Shown here in pieces: positions 1 to 9,531 of a stretch of 32,000 nt of DNA. The translations under genes and the position numbers were made by a program. Position 1 is the first letter of the stretch. Each line of letters starts with the position of its first letter. The notes beneath the pieces were generated by a model. It saw only the letters and a program-made list of their open reading frames with translations, did not search any database and was not told the origin of the DNA. The stretch comes from Candidatus Electrothrix sp. GW3-4 (GTDB taxonomy: Bacteria; Desulfobacterota; Desulfobulbia; Desulfobulbales; Desulfobulbaceae): assembly GCF_037902255.1 (NCBI RefSeq), contig NZ_CP147990.1, forward strand, positions 930,001 through 962,000, written 5' to 3'.

Positions 1-2087
1 CCTATGCTGCTCTGTGCCTCTATACTGCCGCCCATAAGTTTTGCAAAGGAACGGGAAATGGCCAAGCCGAGACCGGTCCCCTTGCTGTCGCGGCCGCTGC
101 CCGCCTGAAAAAATGGCTTGAAGACAGCCTCCAGATCTTTAGGCGGGATACCAGGACCCGTGTCTTCTATCTCCAGTTCAAGCCGCAGTCCTTGTCCTTG
201 AGCCACGGTCCGGGCCCGCAGGACCACACCGCCCTTGTCGGTGAATTTTACCGCATTACCCAGCAGGTTGATCAGGATCTGGCGCAGTTTGCCCGCATCT
301 CCGTTGACAAAGCGTTCGGTTTTCGGTGCAGTCTCCAGGCTGAACATAAGATTTTTGCTCCTGGCCCGGGAACGCATCATCTCTCCGATTTCCTCCAGCA
401 GCCTCGGCAGTTCAAAGGGTTCAGGATCCAGCTCTGTTCTGCCTGCTTCAATCTTGGAAAGATCAAGGATGTCGTTGATCATCGCCAACAGGTGCGCACC
501 GCTGCGGTTGATAATGGTGAGTTTCTCCTGTTGATTGCCTGTCGTCTGCGGGTCCTTGGCCAACATTCCGGAAAAACCGAGAATGGCGTTCAAGGGAGTA
601 CGCAGCTCATGGGACATGTTGGCCAGGAAGATGCTCTTGGCCAGGTTGGCCGCCTCAGCAGCATCTCTTTCCTTGCGTAATGCTGCCTCGGCGTTTTTGG
701 TATCAGTGATATCATGCATGGAAACAACCGCACCGAGTTTGCGTCCGTTCCTATCATGCATGACTTGCCCCGATGCCAGCAGGGTTCGCCGTTTGCCATG
801 CTCTGGTGCAATAACCATTTCCTGATCTTGCACGACTTCACCACAGAAGGCACGAAACAGCGGAATCTCCTCCTTGCGCATCAGGGTTACTCCGTCGGCT
901 GAATATAGATTATAATGATCCGCCCATTGGTCAGGAGGGATGCTTTTTTCACCTATCCCGTGAAACTTGCGCGTTGACTTATTGAACAAGGTAAGTATGC
1001 CGTGCCTGTCACAGGCCACAATGCCATCCTGGATGTTTTCCAACACCGCCTCAAAAAAAATTTGCTGCTGGGAGAGCTGGTCATTCACCCTGGAAAGTTC
1101 TTTGCTGCGTTTCTGTAAGGCAGAATTCACGATTTCCAATTCAGCAGTACGTTTCTTGACACGCTCCTTGAGTGAACGGTGGGTTTTCCATATTTGATAG
1201 ATATACAACAACATCAGGAAAAGAGCCAAGAGTGAAGTCGCTCCGGCCACACCCTTCAGTAACTGCGTTCGCTGTCGTTCCTTCCTGTCCAGAATTCCCA
1301 GCCATTTCGTGCGCAGATGCTCATAGGTTCCGTCCGCCATGACCACCATCAATCCTTCGTTCAGGAGGGCCAGTAACCCCTTGTCGCCTTCGGTAACAGC
1401 AAAACAGAAATCCTGACGGAGACCCTGGAGCGGTGCAATGGCTGTTTTCAGGTTATCCAGTTGTAAGCGTTCAATCAGATTGAGCCCGACCAGGCGTTGA
1501 ACAACCACTGCATCCAGTTTTCCTGCAGCCAGCTTTTGCATGGCCTCTTCAAAGGTTCGGGTTGTTACCAGCCTGTCCGTGAGCTTTCTTCGGCGCATAA
1601 ATTCTTCGGCATTATCGCCCTGCATCACCCCCACCCGGCGACCTTTGAGGTCTTGAGGCGTTTTGATCCCGTCTTCGTCTTTACGCACAAAAACAGCCCC
1701 GTAAAGTCTGAGATAAGGTACTGTGAAGTCAAATATAGCCTCCCGTTCTGGTGAACGACCGACCAGGGGCAGGGCATCCAGGCGTCCTTGTTCAAGGTCC
1801 TGTTTAATTGTTTCCCAAGGTCCGACAGTGAAAATGACCTTCCGGCCCATGGCCGTCAATGCTGCCCGCATCAGTTCAACCGAAAATCCATCGGCAGAAC
1901 CATCATTCCGCACAATGGAAAAAGGTGGATAATCCAGTTCAGATGCGGATATGACCGGATTTTTGTCCGCTGCTGTGCTGCTCTTGCAACCGATAGCAAG
2001 CGAAAAAATAACACAGACTAGGTGCAAAAATAGCGGCTGGCCTGAGCTGTTTTGTCGGGACGTTTTTCGGTTATTTCTTGTTGTCAT
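1..2087 (-). CDS. Sensor histidine kinase: periplasmic solute-binding-like domain, TM, PAS, HisKA, HATPase_c. The 3' end runs off the window.
   Basis: Absent from the ORF track because there is no stop inside the window. Manual minus-strand translation from ATG 2087..2085 gives MTTRNNRKTSRQNSSGQPLFLHLVCVIFSLAIGC (signal, lipobox-like). It continues with DYPPFSIVRNDGSADGF and GVMQGDNAEEF (amino-acid-binding-protein-like), TM LLALFLMLLYIY, PAS FFEAVLENIQDGIVACD, and H-box FLANMSHELRTPLNAILGF. N/G boxes are LINLLGNAVKFT, DTGPGI and GTGLGLAI. The plus-strand ORFs at 192-1197 are its antisense shadows. Confidence 0.85.
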   Translation of the reverse strand, partial: MTTRNNRKTSRQNSSGQPLFLHLVCVIFSLAIGCKSSTAADKNPVISASELDYPPFSIVRNDGSADGFSVELMRAALTAMGRKVIFTVGPWETIKQDLEQGRLDALPLVGRSPEREAIFDFTVPYLRLYGAVFVRKDEDGIKTPQDLKGRRVGVMQGDNAEEFMRRRKLTDRLVTTRTFEEAMQKLAAGKLDAVVVQRLVGLNLIERLQLDNLKTAIAPLQGLRQDFCFAVTEGDKGLLALLNEGLMVVMADGTYEHLRTKWLGILDRKERQRTQLLKGVAGATSLLALFLMLLYIYQIWKTHRSLKERVKKRTAELEIVNSALQKRSKELSRVNDQLSQQQIFFEAVLENIQDGIVACDRHGILTLFNKSTRKFHGIGEKSIPPDQWADHYNLYSADGVTLMRKEEIPLFRAFCGEVVQDQEMVIAPEHGKRRTLLASGQVMHDRNGRKLGAVVSMHDITDTKNAEAALRKERDAAEAANLAKSIFLANMSHELRTPLNAILGFSGMLAKDPQTTGNQQEKLTIINRSGAHLLAMINDILDLSKIEAGRTELDPEPFELPRLLEEIGEMMRSRARSKNLMFSLETAPKTERFVNGDAGKLRQILINLLGNAVKFTDKGGVVLRARTVAQGQGLRLELEIEDTGPGIPPKDLEAVFKPFFQAGSGRDSKGTGLGLAISRSFAKLMGGSIEAQSSI

Positions 2088-2556
2088 CACTACTCTTTTT
2101 ACCCTCAAGCAGTTTCAGGAGCTGACCAAAGCGGAATGCACGGACCATTTGATGCAGCTCCTCGGCGAGTTCTGGATGATCAGCGTGGATATTGCCGATC
2201 ACCTCTTCTGTCGTTGCGATATCTTGCCTCTGCGCTGCGTTGCGCATTCTTGCTTGCTGTTCAGCCGTGTCGTTCTTTTGTTCCTCCTTATAACGATAGC
2301 GCACACCAAGATATTTTTCCATGACAGAGAAGAGTTCACTGGAGCGGAAGGGTTTATGTACTACTTCGTTACAGCCTGCCGCCAAAATTTTTTCGTGCTG
2401 CTCCTGAAAGACGCTGGCTGTGAGCGTGACAATCGTTACGTTGTCACCACCGGGTTGACATGGGGGGAAGCGAGAACGGCATTGCCGCAAATGACATCTG
2501 CAACAGAAACAGACAGCTGGTAATAAGGAGAACAAGACGGTAGCGTATACTGGTGC
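2071..2556 (-). pseudogene. Remnant of a response-regulator receiver domain (last third only) plus a ~70-aa tail
   Basis: ORF 2071..2691 (-) contains GGDNVTIVTLTASVFQEQHEKILAAGCNEVVHKPFRSSELFSVMEKYL, which matches beta4-alpha4-beta5-alpha5 of a REC domain. The phospho-acceptor Asp region is absent. The only in-frame Met start lies inside the IS. Its stop overlaps the ATG of the downstream kinase by 17 nt (GATGACAACAAGAAATAA), as in a coupled RR-HK pair. Confidence 0.5.
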
Positions 2557-2628
2557 TAGTGCTCTGTAAAATCTAAATTTTAGGGTAGCGTATTTAAAAT
2601 TAATGTAGCATGTTGTCCGAAAAAAAAA

Positions 2629-3087
2629 TTGAAAGAGGATTTCATGCCAAAAAAATACATTGTCCAATTGACTCCAAAAGAACGCTGTCATTTACAGGAG
2701 GTTATCAAAAAGCTTTCGGGGGGCAGCCAAAAAGTCCGTCGTGCTCACATCTTATTGAAAGCTGATGCAAATGGCCCCTGTTGGAAAGACAGCAGGATAG
2801 CAGAAGCATTCAACTGTAGGACAAAAACGGTTGAGAACATCCGTCAAAATTTTGTTTTGCACGGTTTTCAACAGGCTCTTGACGGAAAAAAACGTGCAAC
2901 CCCGCCTACTCCGAAACTATTGAATGGGGAGCAGGAGGTTAAAATCATTGCCACTCGTCTTGGTTCACCTCCGCCGGGATACGCAAATTGGTCACTGCGC
3001 CTTTTAGCCCGACATGTTGTTGAATTGGAAATAGTTCCGTCGATCAGCCATGAAACTATTCGCCAAGTAATAAAAAAAACGGGATGA
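2629..3087 (+). CDS. IS630-family transposase OrfA (HTH DNA-binding part)
   Basis: 152 aa, MPKKYIVQLTPKERCHLQEVIKKLSGGSQKVRRAHILLKAD..., matching the winged-helix/HTH N-terminal half of IS630 transposases. It ends VIKKTG* with a TGA overlapping the orfB ATG. Confidence 0.85.
   Translation: MKEDFMPKKYIVQLTPKERCHLQEVIKKLSGGSQKVRRAHILLKADANGPCWKDSRIAEAFNCRTKTVENIRQNFVLHGFQQALDGKKRATPPTPKLLNGEQEVKIIATRLGSPPPGYANWSLRLLARHVVELEIVPSISHETIRQVIKKTG
3072..3079 (+). promoter_or_regulatory. Probable -1 programmed frameshift site (A8 run) joining orfA and orfB
   Basis: The site is ATAAAAAAAACGGGATGA. orfB (codon phase of 3084) is -1 relative to orfA (phase of 3085). The -1 frame is open across the run (NKKNGMNN). 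A slip gives ...RQVIKKKNGMNNRKIQYWVIPP, which resembles the contiguous KKN-x-KPW-x-WxIPP junction of fused IS630 transposases. Confidence 0.55.
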
Positions 3088-3779
3088 ACAACCGGAAAAT
3101 CCAATACTGGGTTATTCCACCAAAACACGATGCGGAATTCGTGGCCAACATGGAAGATGTGATAGAGGTTTATGAAAGACCGTATAATCCTAATCATCCT
3201 TTTCTTTGTATGGACGAACAACCAGTTCAGCTGATAAAGGAAACTCGTTTACCTATCCCGGCAACTATAAATCATGCTAAACGCGTTGATTATGAGTATG
3301 AGCGTAACGGAACAGCCAGTATTTTCATGTTCACCGAGCCTCTTTCAGGCTGGCGTGAAGCCACAGCTCGTCCTCGGCGGACTAAAACAGATTGGGCGAT
3401 CGAAGTGGCTCGCCTCCTTGAAGGTCGCTATGCAGAATGTGAAAAGATAACGTTGGGTTGCGATAATCTCAACACCCATACAAAGGGAGCTTTTTATGAG
3501 GCTTTTCCTCCTGAACGTGCTCGTGCATTAGTACGCCGGATTGAATTTTGTTACACACCGAAACATGGTAGCTGGCTCAATATAGCAGAAAACGAATTGA
3601 GCTCCATGACTCGACAATGTCTTGCCAATCGTCGTATAGGAGATATCGAGACGTTACAGAAAGAGATTGCCGCATGGTCAAGCGATGTGAATAACACTCA
3701 ACGTGGTGTTGAGTGGCAAATGAAAATTTCTGATGCCCGTTGCAAATTAAAATCCGTTTACCCTAAAATTAAGTCGTGA
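3084..3779 (+). CDS. IS630-family transposase OrfB (DDE catalytic part)
   Basis: 231 aa with LCMDEQP, LGCDNLNTH and SWLNIAENELS, the DDE_3-like triad context. Confidence 0.85.
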   Translation: MNNRKIQYWVIPPKHDAEFVANMEDVIEVYERPYNPNHPFLCMDEQPVQLIKETRLPIPATINHAKRVDYEYERNGTASIFMFTEPLSGWREATARPRRTKTDWAIEVARLLEGRYAECEKITLGCDNLNTHTKGAFYEAFPPERARALVRRIEFCYTPKHGSWLNIAENELSSMTRQCLANRRIGDIETLQKEIAAWSSDVNNTQRGVEWQMKISDARCKLKSVYPKIKS

Positions 3780-3786
3780 CAGAGCA

Positions 3787-6700
3787 CTAGGTGTTATTTC
3801 TCTGTTTCCTGAGATACTTTGACATAACAGTGAACATCTCTTTTTCGTTAAAGGGCTTGCCGATATGTTCATTCATGCCTGCCTCTTTGCTTTTTTTCTG
3901 ATCTCTCGTCAGGACATTGGCAGTGAGAGCAATGACTGGCAGATCTTGATACTGCGGGAACTTACGAATCTCCTGACAGGCGGTGTAGCCATCCATGACC
4001 GGCATTTGGATATCCATCAGCACGCAGTCAAAGCTGGAGGTTTGCAAGATTTCCAGGGCCTCTGCCCCGTTGTTTGCCACCGTGACGACAATTCCCTTGC
4101 GGGTCAGGAGGAGCTTGGCGAGTTCCTGGTTGAGCTCATTATCTTCTACGAGCAGGACCTTGGCGCCCTTGAGATTGAGAAATTCTTCCTCAGAATTTGT
4201 TGCGTTCTTTTTCTTCTGCCTTCCCGGTTGTTCAGGCGAGTAAGCAACAAAGGGCAAGGTGAAATAAAAACGCGATCCTTGACCAGCGCCACTTTCAAAC
4301 CAGATTGTGCCACCCATCATTTCCACCAGTTTTTTACTGATGGAGAGACCGAGGCCGGTTCCTCCGAATTGCCGGGTGGTAGAGCTGTCTCCCTGACTGA
4401 ATGATTTAAACAGCTTGCTTTGTTGTTGGCTGTTCATGCCGATGCCTGTATCTGTAACACAGAACTCAAGTAAGACGATTTCATCCTGCTCATGGAGGCG
4501 TTCAACGTCTATTTTTACGTGGCCTCTGCTGGTGAATTTGACCGCATTATTTCCCAGGTTGATCAATATCTGTCTCAGGCGCAGTGGGTCGCCTTTCAGT
4601 CTTTCCGGTACCTCGGGTGAAATATCGATATCCAGGTGGAGCCCCTTTTCTGAGGCCTTTAATCCGATGATATTGGTAAAATGCTCAAAGACCTTGTCCA
4701 GGCGGAAGGGAATGGTCTCGATTTCAAGTTTTCCCGCCTCTATTTTGGAGAAGTCGAGGATGTCATTAATAATACCGAGAAGAGATTCCGCTGAGCTATA
4801 GACCTTCTCGATATAGTTTTTCTGTTCTGCATCAAGGGTCGTCTCCAGAGCCAGGCTGGACATACCGAGGATTGCATTCATCGGCGTACGAATTTCATGA
4901 CTCATATTGGCAAGAAATTCTGACTTTGCCTTGTTGGCTGCTTCGGCGCGTTGCTGAGCCTCTGCCAGTTTTTCGGTAATGTATTCGTATTCAGTCGTAT
5001 CTTCCAGGATTCCGTTGATGGCTAACAAGGTTCCATCGTCATTATAAACCGGATGGGAGGAGACCCTGATCGTGCGTAACTCACCGCCTGGATGGTGGAA
5101 CTGCATAGCATGCTGGATGAAGTCCGATTTTCCCTCTTTGATTCTGGAAAGATGAAAGCGGTGTTGCTCCAAGGATTCCGGGAGCCAATTGATGATTTTG
5201 CTCCAAGCTATGTTGCTCTTGGTTTTGTCTACTGCGCAGCCAAAGACCGAGCAGAGGCTGTCGCTGGCATAGGTCCAGACCTCCTCATCAGGAGACTGGC
5301 TGAAAACGACGAATTTGTCACCGATATTTTCGACCAGTCTGCGATATTTTTCCTGATTTTCTTGCAGCTGCCTTTCCTTTTTTTTCCGGTCGGTAATATC
5401 ATGGATGACCTGGAGGATTGCAGGGCCCGTGTCATCTTCTGTAAATTTTGTTGAAGTGATTTCAAAGATTCTTTCAGCACCGGAAGAGGGGAGAAAGCAG
5501 ACAGATTTTTCCTGTTCAATAGCGTTTTTTACATATATGCAGTCCCAGGGAGACTGTTGATCATCTGTGAGGAAGCCGCTGTTCTTGCCTGTCATATCGC
5601 CGAACCAGTTCATCATTACCTGATTCATGTAGCGAACCCTATGATTCGAGTCAATGATGATGAGTCCTTCACCTACCCTGGAGAGGGCATTGATAATGGC
5701 TGTGGATCGGGACTGACTCACTTCGAGATTGCTTTTGGCTCGTTGGAGGTCCGTAACCTTGTCATTGAGGAGGGCTGTGCGCTCACGGACCTCCTGTTCA
5801 AGAGCGGAGTTGGCCTCCCACATTTTTTGTTCAACCTTAGCCAGGTTACAGGAAGCATAACAGATAGCCAGGAAGAGAAGGAGAGTAACGCTGATAATCT
5901 TGAGACGGATTGTGGAAGTGAGCTCTGTCAGCTCCTGTTTGCTGATATGGGAGACCACCTTCCAGAGATAGTTGTCCGGTGTGTGGTGGAGAAGATGCAG
6001 CTCGCCAGCCCCACTTGTCTGAATGCCGTCCAGGGGATGTACCGTGCTCCAGATCCATAAACCATCTTTATTCTGCAAGGTACCTTTCTCTGTTTGTTGG
6101 ATTTTTTGCCAGGTTGTGGGGAATTTTTTTTCCAACCTCATATTTCTGAGATTGAACATGAAACCCCATTCATCAGCAGCATTCGGGCTAATCAACCAGT
6201 ACCCCTCCCTATTCAACACAGACACCCGGTTTCTGATTTTGAAGGTGGTGGCGAGAAAATTGTCCAGCATGTACCGGGCCGCGTAATTAATGATCAAAAG
6301 GCCACGTCGTTTGCCTGAGTGGTCGGTAAGGGGGGTGGCTATACGGATTGTCGGTTTAAAGGGGTATTCCAACTGACCACGTTCAATATTGAGGTCAAGA
6401 GGTGAGATGAAGATCTCTCCCAGAGAAAGTTTTAATGTTTCAGTAACATAATAACGACCGTTTTTATTCTGCAAGAGATGTGGCGGTGTCGTCTTGGGAC
6501 CATCAGATGCGTAATCGACACGTACTCGCTCCATCCCTGTTTCGTCGATCCAGCGAATCTGATCGTAATACCCTTTGATCCGAGAAAAATGGATGAAGTT
6601 TTCAGAGAGTCGTTCCAGGTTTTGTTGATCAGGATGTGTTATTTGATCAAGCAGACTGCTTTGACCAGCAAGATAGAGCAGGTCTCTGGAGATTTGTTTG

Positions 6701-6897
6701 AGATTATAGGAGAGGGTGCCCACTCCTTGTCCGATATAAAAGGTATCTTGGTTAACAATCTGGTTTATCTTATTTGTTTCTACAAGATCGCCGTAAAAAA
6801 ATGCCCCGATAAGCAGGAGAAGGGTGAGTGGAACGATACGTTTCAGAAGGAGGACGTTTCGTTTTTTAGAATGTGATTTTTGGTGTCTTTTCTGCAT
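3787..6897 (-). CDS. Hybrid sensor histidine kinase/response regulator: TM, Cache-like extracytoplasmic domain, TM, PAS x2, HisKA, HATPase_c, REC
   Basis: This is ORF 3787..7167 (-). I favour the start at ATG 6897 (MQKRHQKSHSKKRNVLLLKRIVPLTLLLLIGAFF, a basic stretch then TM). The 90 codons upstream look non-coding, but a start as far up as 7167 is not excluded. Motifs: YDQIRWIDETGMERVRV and GEIFISPLDLNIERG (Cache-like), FLANMSHEIRTPMNAILGM (H-box), GNAVKFT, DTGIGM, GTGLGLSI, and REC KVLLVEDNELNQ...CVLMDIQMPVMDG...IALTA...KPF. Confidence 0.9.
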   Translation of the reverse strand: MQKRHQKSHSKKRNVLLLKRIVPLTLLLLIGAFFYGDLVETNKINQIVNQDTFYIGQGVGTLSYNLKQISRDLLYLAGQSSLLDQITHPDQQNLERLSENFIHFSRIKGYYDQIRWIDETGMERVRVDYASDGPKTTPPHLLQNKNGRYYVTETLKLSLGEIFISPLDLNIERGQLEYPFKPTIRIATPLTDHSGKRRGLLIINYAARYMLDNFLATTFKIRNRVSVLNREGYWLISPNAADEWGFMFNLRNMRLEKKFPTTWQKIQQTEKGTLQNKDGLWIWSTVHPLDGIQTSGAGELHLLHHTPDNYLWKVVSHISKQELTELTSTIRLKIISVTLLLFLAICYASCNLAKVEQKMWEANSALEQEVRERTALLNDKVTDLQRAKSNLEVSQSRSTAIINALSRVGEGLIIIDSNHRVRYMNQVMMNWFGDMTGKNSGFLTDDQQSPWDCIYVKNAIEQEKSVCFLPSSGAERIFEITSTKFTEDDTGPAILQVIHDITDRKKKERQLQENQEKYRRLVENIGDKFVVFSQSPDEEVWTYASDSLCSVFGCAVDKTKSNIAWSKIINWLPESLEQHRFHLSRIKEGKSDFIQHAMQFHHPGGELRTIRVSSHPVYNDDGTLLAINGILEDTTEYEYITEKLAEAQQRAEAANKAKSEFLANMSHEIRTPMNAILGMSSLALETTLDAEQKNYIEKVYSSAESLLGIINDILDFSKIEAGKLEIETIPFRLDKVFEHFTNIIGLKASEKGLHLDIDISPEVPERLKGDPLRLRQILINLGNNAVKFTSRGHVKIDVERLHEQDEIVLLEFCVTDTGIGMNSQQQSKLFKSFSQGDSSTTRQFGGTGLGLSISKKLVEMMGGTIWFESGAGQGSRFYFTLPFVAYSPEQPGRQKKKNATNSEEEFLNLKGAKVLLVEDNELNQELAKLLLTRKGIVVTVANNGAEALEILQTSSFDCVLMDIQMPVMDGYTACQEIRKFPQYQDLPVIALTANVLTRDQKKSKEAGMNEHIGKPFNEKEMFTVMSKYLRKQRNNT

Positions 6898-7293
6898 TAT
6901 GTTTTTTGAGGAAGGCTTGCGCAGGAGATGTGGCTTATAGAATGGTATTCTTTTCGGTTTATTAGATAATTGACAAAATAAGACACATGAGTATGTCATG
7001 CTTTCGTCTTTCCCGTCAATAGAATTTTCGATTTTGCAGCAAGTATTGCCTTTTCCAGGAGAGGGGCAGACGTTGGATATCGTGCTCAGAAAAAAGGGGT
7101 GGTTGGCTGTTTTACGAGGATACTCTTCATGCACAACATCATATTCTGTGGAGTATTGGCACCACATCTGATTGCATAATAATGAAAAATGACGTACCGT
7201 GAGAACGCATGTTTTGAGAAATACTGAGGATGCCTGCTCGATAGAACTGGCTCGTCATGAAATGAATAACTTTTTAATCTCTATAATAAAATT

Positions 7294-9162
7294 ATGTGCG
7301 GGATAAGCGGGTTTAACTGGAATGATGAGGCCCTGATTCGGGCCATGACCGATACCCTGGAGCATCGAGGCCCAGACCAGCAGGGCCATTTCTGCTCGGA
7401 CAAGATGAGTCTGGGGTTCCGGCGACTCTCTATTATTGATCTCAGTGAAAACGGGCGCCAGCCCATGTTCAATGAAGACGAGACCGTGGCCCTGGTCTTT
7501 AACGGCGAGATCTATAATTTTCAGGAGCTGCGCAAAGAGCTGAAGGATAAGGGCCATGTTTTTCGTAGTAAGGCCGATTCCGAGGTTATCCTTCATGGCT
7601 ATGAGGAATGGGGTGTGGATGTCATCCATCGGCTGCGGGGCATGTTCGCCTTTGGCCTTTATGATATACCCCGCAAGCGCCTGCTGTTGGTCCGGGACCG
7701 CATCGGTATCAAGCCGCTCTATTATACCTACAAGGACGGGCGCCTCCTCTTTGCCTCGGAGATCAAGGCCATTCTGGAAGACCCGCAGGTGGAGCGGCGG
7801 ATCAACTACCAGGCCATGTACGATTACCTGGGCTTTGAGTTCGTGCCTGCGCCCCAGACCATGTTCGCGGATATCCATAAGCTGCCTGCCGGGCATATGC
7901 TGGTCTTTGAGAACGGCGCCATCCATGAGGAACAGTACTGGGATCTGCACTTCCATCCCGGAGAAAATAAGCTCTCTTTTGATGAGGCCGTGGAAAAGAT
8001 GCGCGAGCATCTGGACTATGCCGTGTCCAGTCACTTGGTCAGTGATGTGCCGTTGGGGGTCTTTCTCTCTGGTGGGCTGGATTCCAGCTGCCTGGTCGCC
8101 CTGATGCGTAAGCATCTGACCGGCTCCTTTAAGACCTTTACCATTGGCTATGAGGACAAGACCTTTAGTGAGCTGGATTACGCCCAGGTCGTGGCTGATC
8201 ATTGCCAGACCGATCACCAGGTCCTGGTCCTGGATACCCTGAAGCCGGAGTACGTGGAAAAGACCCTCTGGCATTTGGATGAACCCATGACCGATCTCTC
8301 CACTGTGCCCCTCTACCTCCTCTGTAAGCAGGCCCGGGAGCACGTCACGGTCTGTCTTTCCGGCGAAGGGGCGGACGAGAGCTTTGCAGGTTATGACCGC
8401 TTCAAGGCCAGCCGCATGAGCAGGTGGTTCAACCTGATGCCCGGCCCGCTGCGCAAGCAGGTGGTTGGTCGCCTTACGGCCATGTTGCCGGATCAACCGC
8501 AGAAGAAGGGGGCAATCAATATGCTCAAGCGCTTTGTTGAGGGCGCGAACCTGGATCCGGCAGGACAGCATCTGCGCTGGCAGTACTTCTTTAATGCTGT
8601 GCTGGAGGCCAATCTCCTCCAGAGCGGCTTTCGCAGCAAGGTTGAGCTGGATCCGTTCCGACAGCTCCGGGACTATAATGCCCGTTGTGATGCGGGCAAG
8701 GACCGGGTGAATCAGGAGATCTACCTGGATATGCGCTTTATGATGACCGACTCGGTGCTGATGAAGGTGGACCGGATGTCCATGGCCAGCTCCCTGGAGG
8801 TCCGGGTGCCTCTGCTTGACCATGTGTTGGTGGAGTTCATGGCCTCCCTGCCCGGCGACTGGAAGCTCAAGGGCATGACCACCAAGTACATCTTTCGCGC
8901 CGCCCTGGAAGGGCTGCTGCCGGATAAGATCGTTAACCGGGGTAAGCAGGGCTACAGCCTGCCGGTCAAGCATCTCCTGCGCGGGGACCTGAAGCAATAC
9001 ATGATCGAGTTGCTCAACGATTCAACCGTAATCCGGGAAAATATGGATCAGAGCTATGTCAAGCGGCTGATTGATGAGCATTGTAGCATGCAGCAGAACC
9101 ATAACCATGTGCTCTGGGCCCTGATCAATATTGCTATCTGGCATAATCGATTTTTTAACTGA
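7294..9162 (+). CDS. asnB: Asparagine synthetase (glutamine-hydrolysing)
   Basis: 622 aa. It has N-terminal MCGISG (Cys2 Ntn amidotransferase), RGPD, the SGGLDSS PP-loop, and a C-terminal synthetase domain. Confidence 0.9.
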   Translation: MCGISGFNWNDEALIRAMTDTLEHRGPDQQGHFCSDKMSLGFRRLSIIDLSENGRQPMFNEDETVALVFNGEIYNFQELRKELKDKGHVFRSKADSEVILHGYEEWGVDVIHRLRGMFAFGLYDIPRKRLLLVRDRIGIKPLYYTYKDGRLLFASEIKAILEDPQVERRINYQAMYDYLGFEFVPAPQTMFADIHKLPAGHMLVFENGAIHEEQYWDLHFHPGENKLSFDEAVEKMREHLDYAVSSHLVSDVPLGVFLSGGLDSSCLVALMRKHLTGSFKTFTIGYEDKTFSELDYAQVVADHCQTDHQVLVLDTLKPEYVEKTLWHLDEPMTDLSTVPLYLLCKQAREHVTVCLSGEGADESFAGYDRFKASRMSRWFNLMPGPLRKQVVGRLTAMLPDQPQKKGAINMLKRFVEGANLDPAGQHLRWQYFFNAVLEANLLQSGFRSKVELDPFRQLRDYNARCDAGKDRVNQEIYLDMRFMMTDSVLMKVDRMSMASSLEVRVPLLDHVLVEFMASLPGDWKLKGMTTKYIFRAALEGLLPDKIVNRGKQGYSLPVKHLLRGDLKQYMIELLNDSTVIRENMDQSYVKRLIDEHCSMQQNHNHVLWALINIAIWHNRFFN

Positions 9163-9474
9163 AGAACAGGAGGGGTGAACACATACGATCTGTTTTTGCT
9201 CCTCCAGAAAGGTCGTTGCATGTTTGACCTGAGCAAGCGCTCGTTGCTCGGGAGCATTCAGACGTGTAACACCGTAAAACCTGCTGAGGAGTGAATGCAA
9301 CAAAGCAGGAGATGTTGATTAACATGGTCAGGGCGATTCATGGGGTGTCCTTGTCCAAGAAACCTTGTCCAAGAGACTGAGACCAGATATTATGATCCTC
9401 GACGACACGCATTGATTGAGGATCAATTCTCCTCAGCGATGTGGAAACGTTTGAGGAGAAAGAGAGAAGGGAGC

Positions 9475-9517
9475 AAAACGAGAAAACCACCGTCTCCAAG
9501 AATAGAGGTCGGTGGTT
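9475..9517 (-). terminator. Rho-independent terminator downstream of purC
   Basis: The minus strand reads AACCACCGA-loop-ACGGTGGTT followed by TTCTCGTTTTG. The stem halves are at 9485-9492 and 9510-9517. Confidence 0.55.
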
Positions 9518-9531
9518 CAAAGGAAAGAAGC

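Larger units (their letters stand above)
2559..3787 (+). mobile_element. IS630-family insertion sequence, copy 1 (1229 bp)
   Basis: Boundaries come from alignment with the second copy at 27996-29224. Terminal inverted repeats are GTGCTCTGT...TTTTAGGGTA (left) and TACCCTAAAA...ACAGAGCAC (right). It is flanked by TA on both sides (2557-2558, 3788-3789), the IS630/Tc1-mariner target duplication. It carries two overlapping ORFs (HTH plus DDE). Confidence 0.9.

Noticed and set aside
192-2523. Plus-strand ORFs at 192-2523
   Set aside because: They are antisense to the long minus-strand kinase gene. That gene is missing from the track because it has no stop in the window.
7255-8997. 580-aa ORF on the minus strand
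   Set aside because: It lies entirely antisense to the confidently identified asnB. Its low-complexity, His/Gln/Leu-rich composition is typical of a shadow ORF.
9349-9374. Direct repeat CCTTGTCCAAGA-aa-CCTTGTCCAAGA
   Set aside because: It is a single 14-bp tandem duplication in the asnB-purC convergent spacer, with no associated structure or ORF. It is probably a trivial slippage product.
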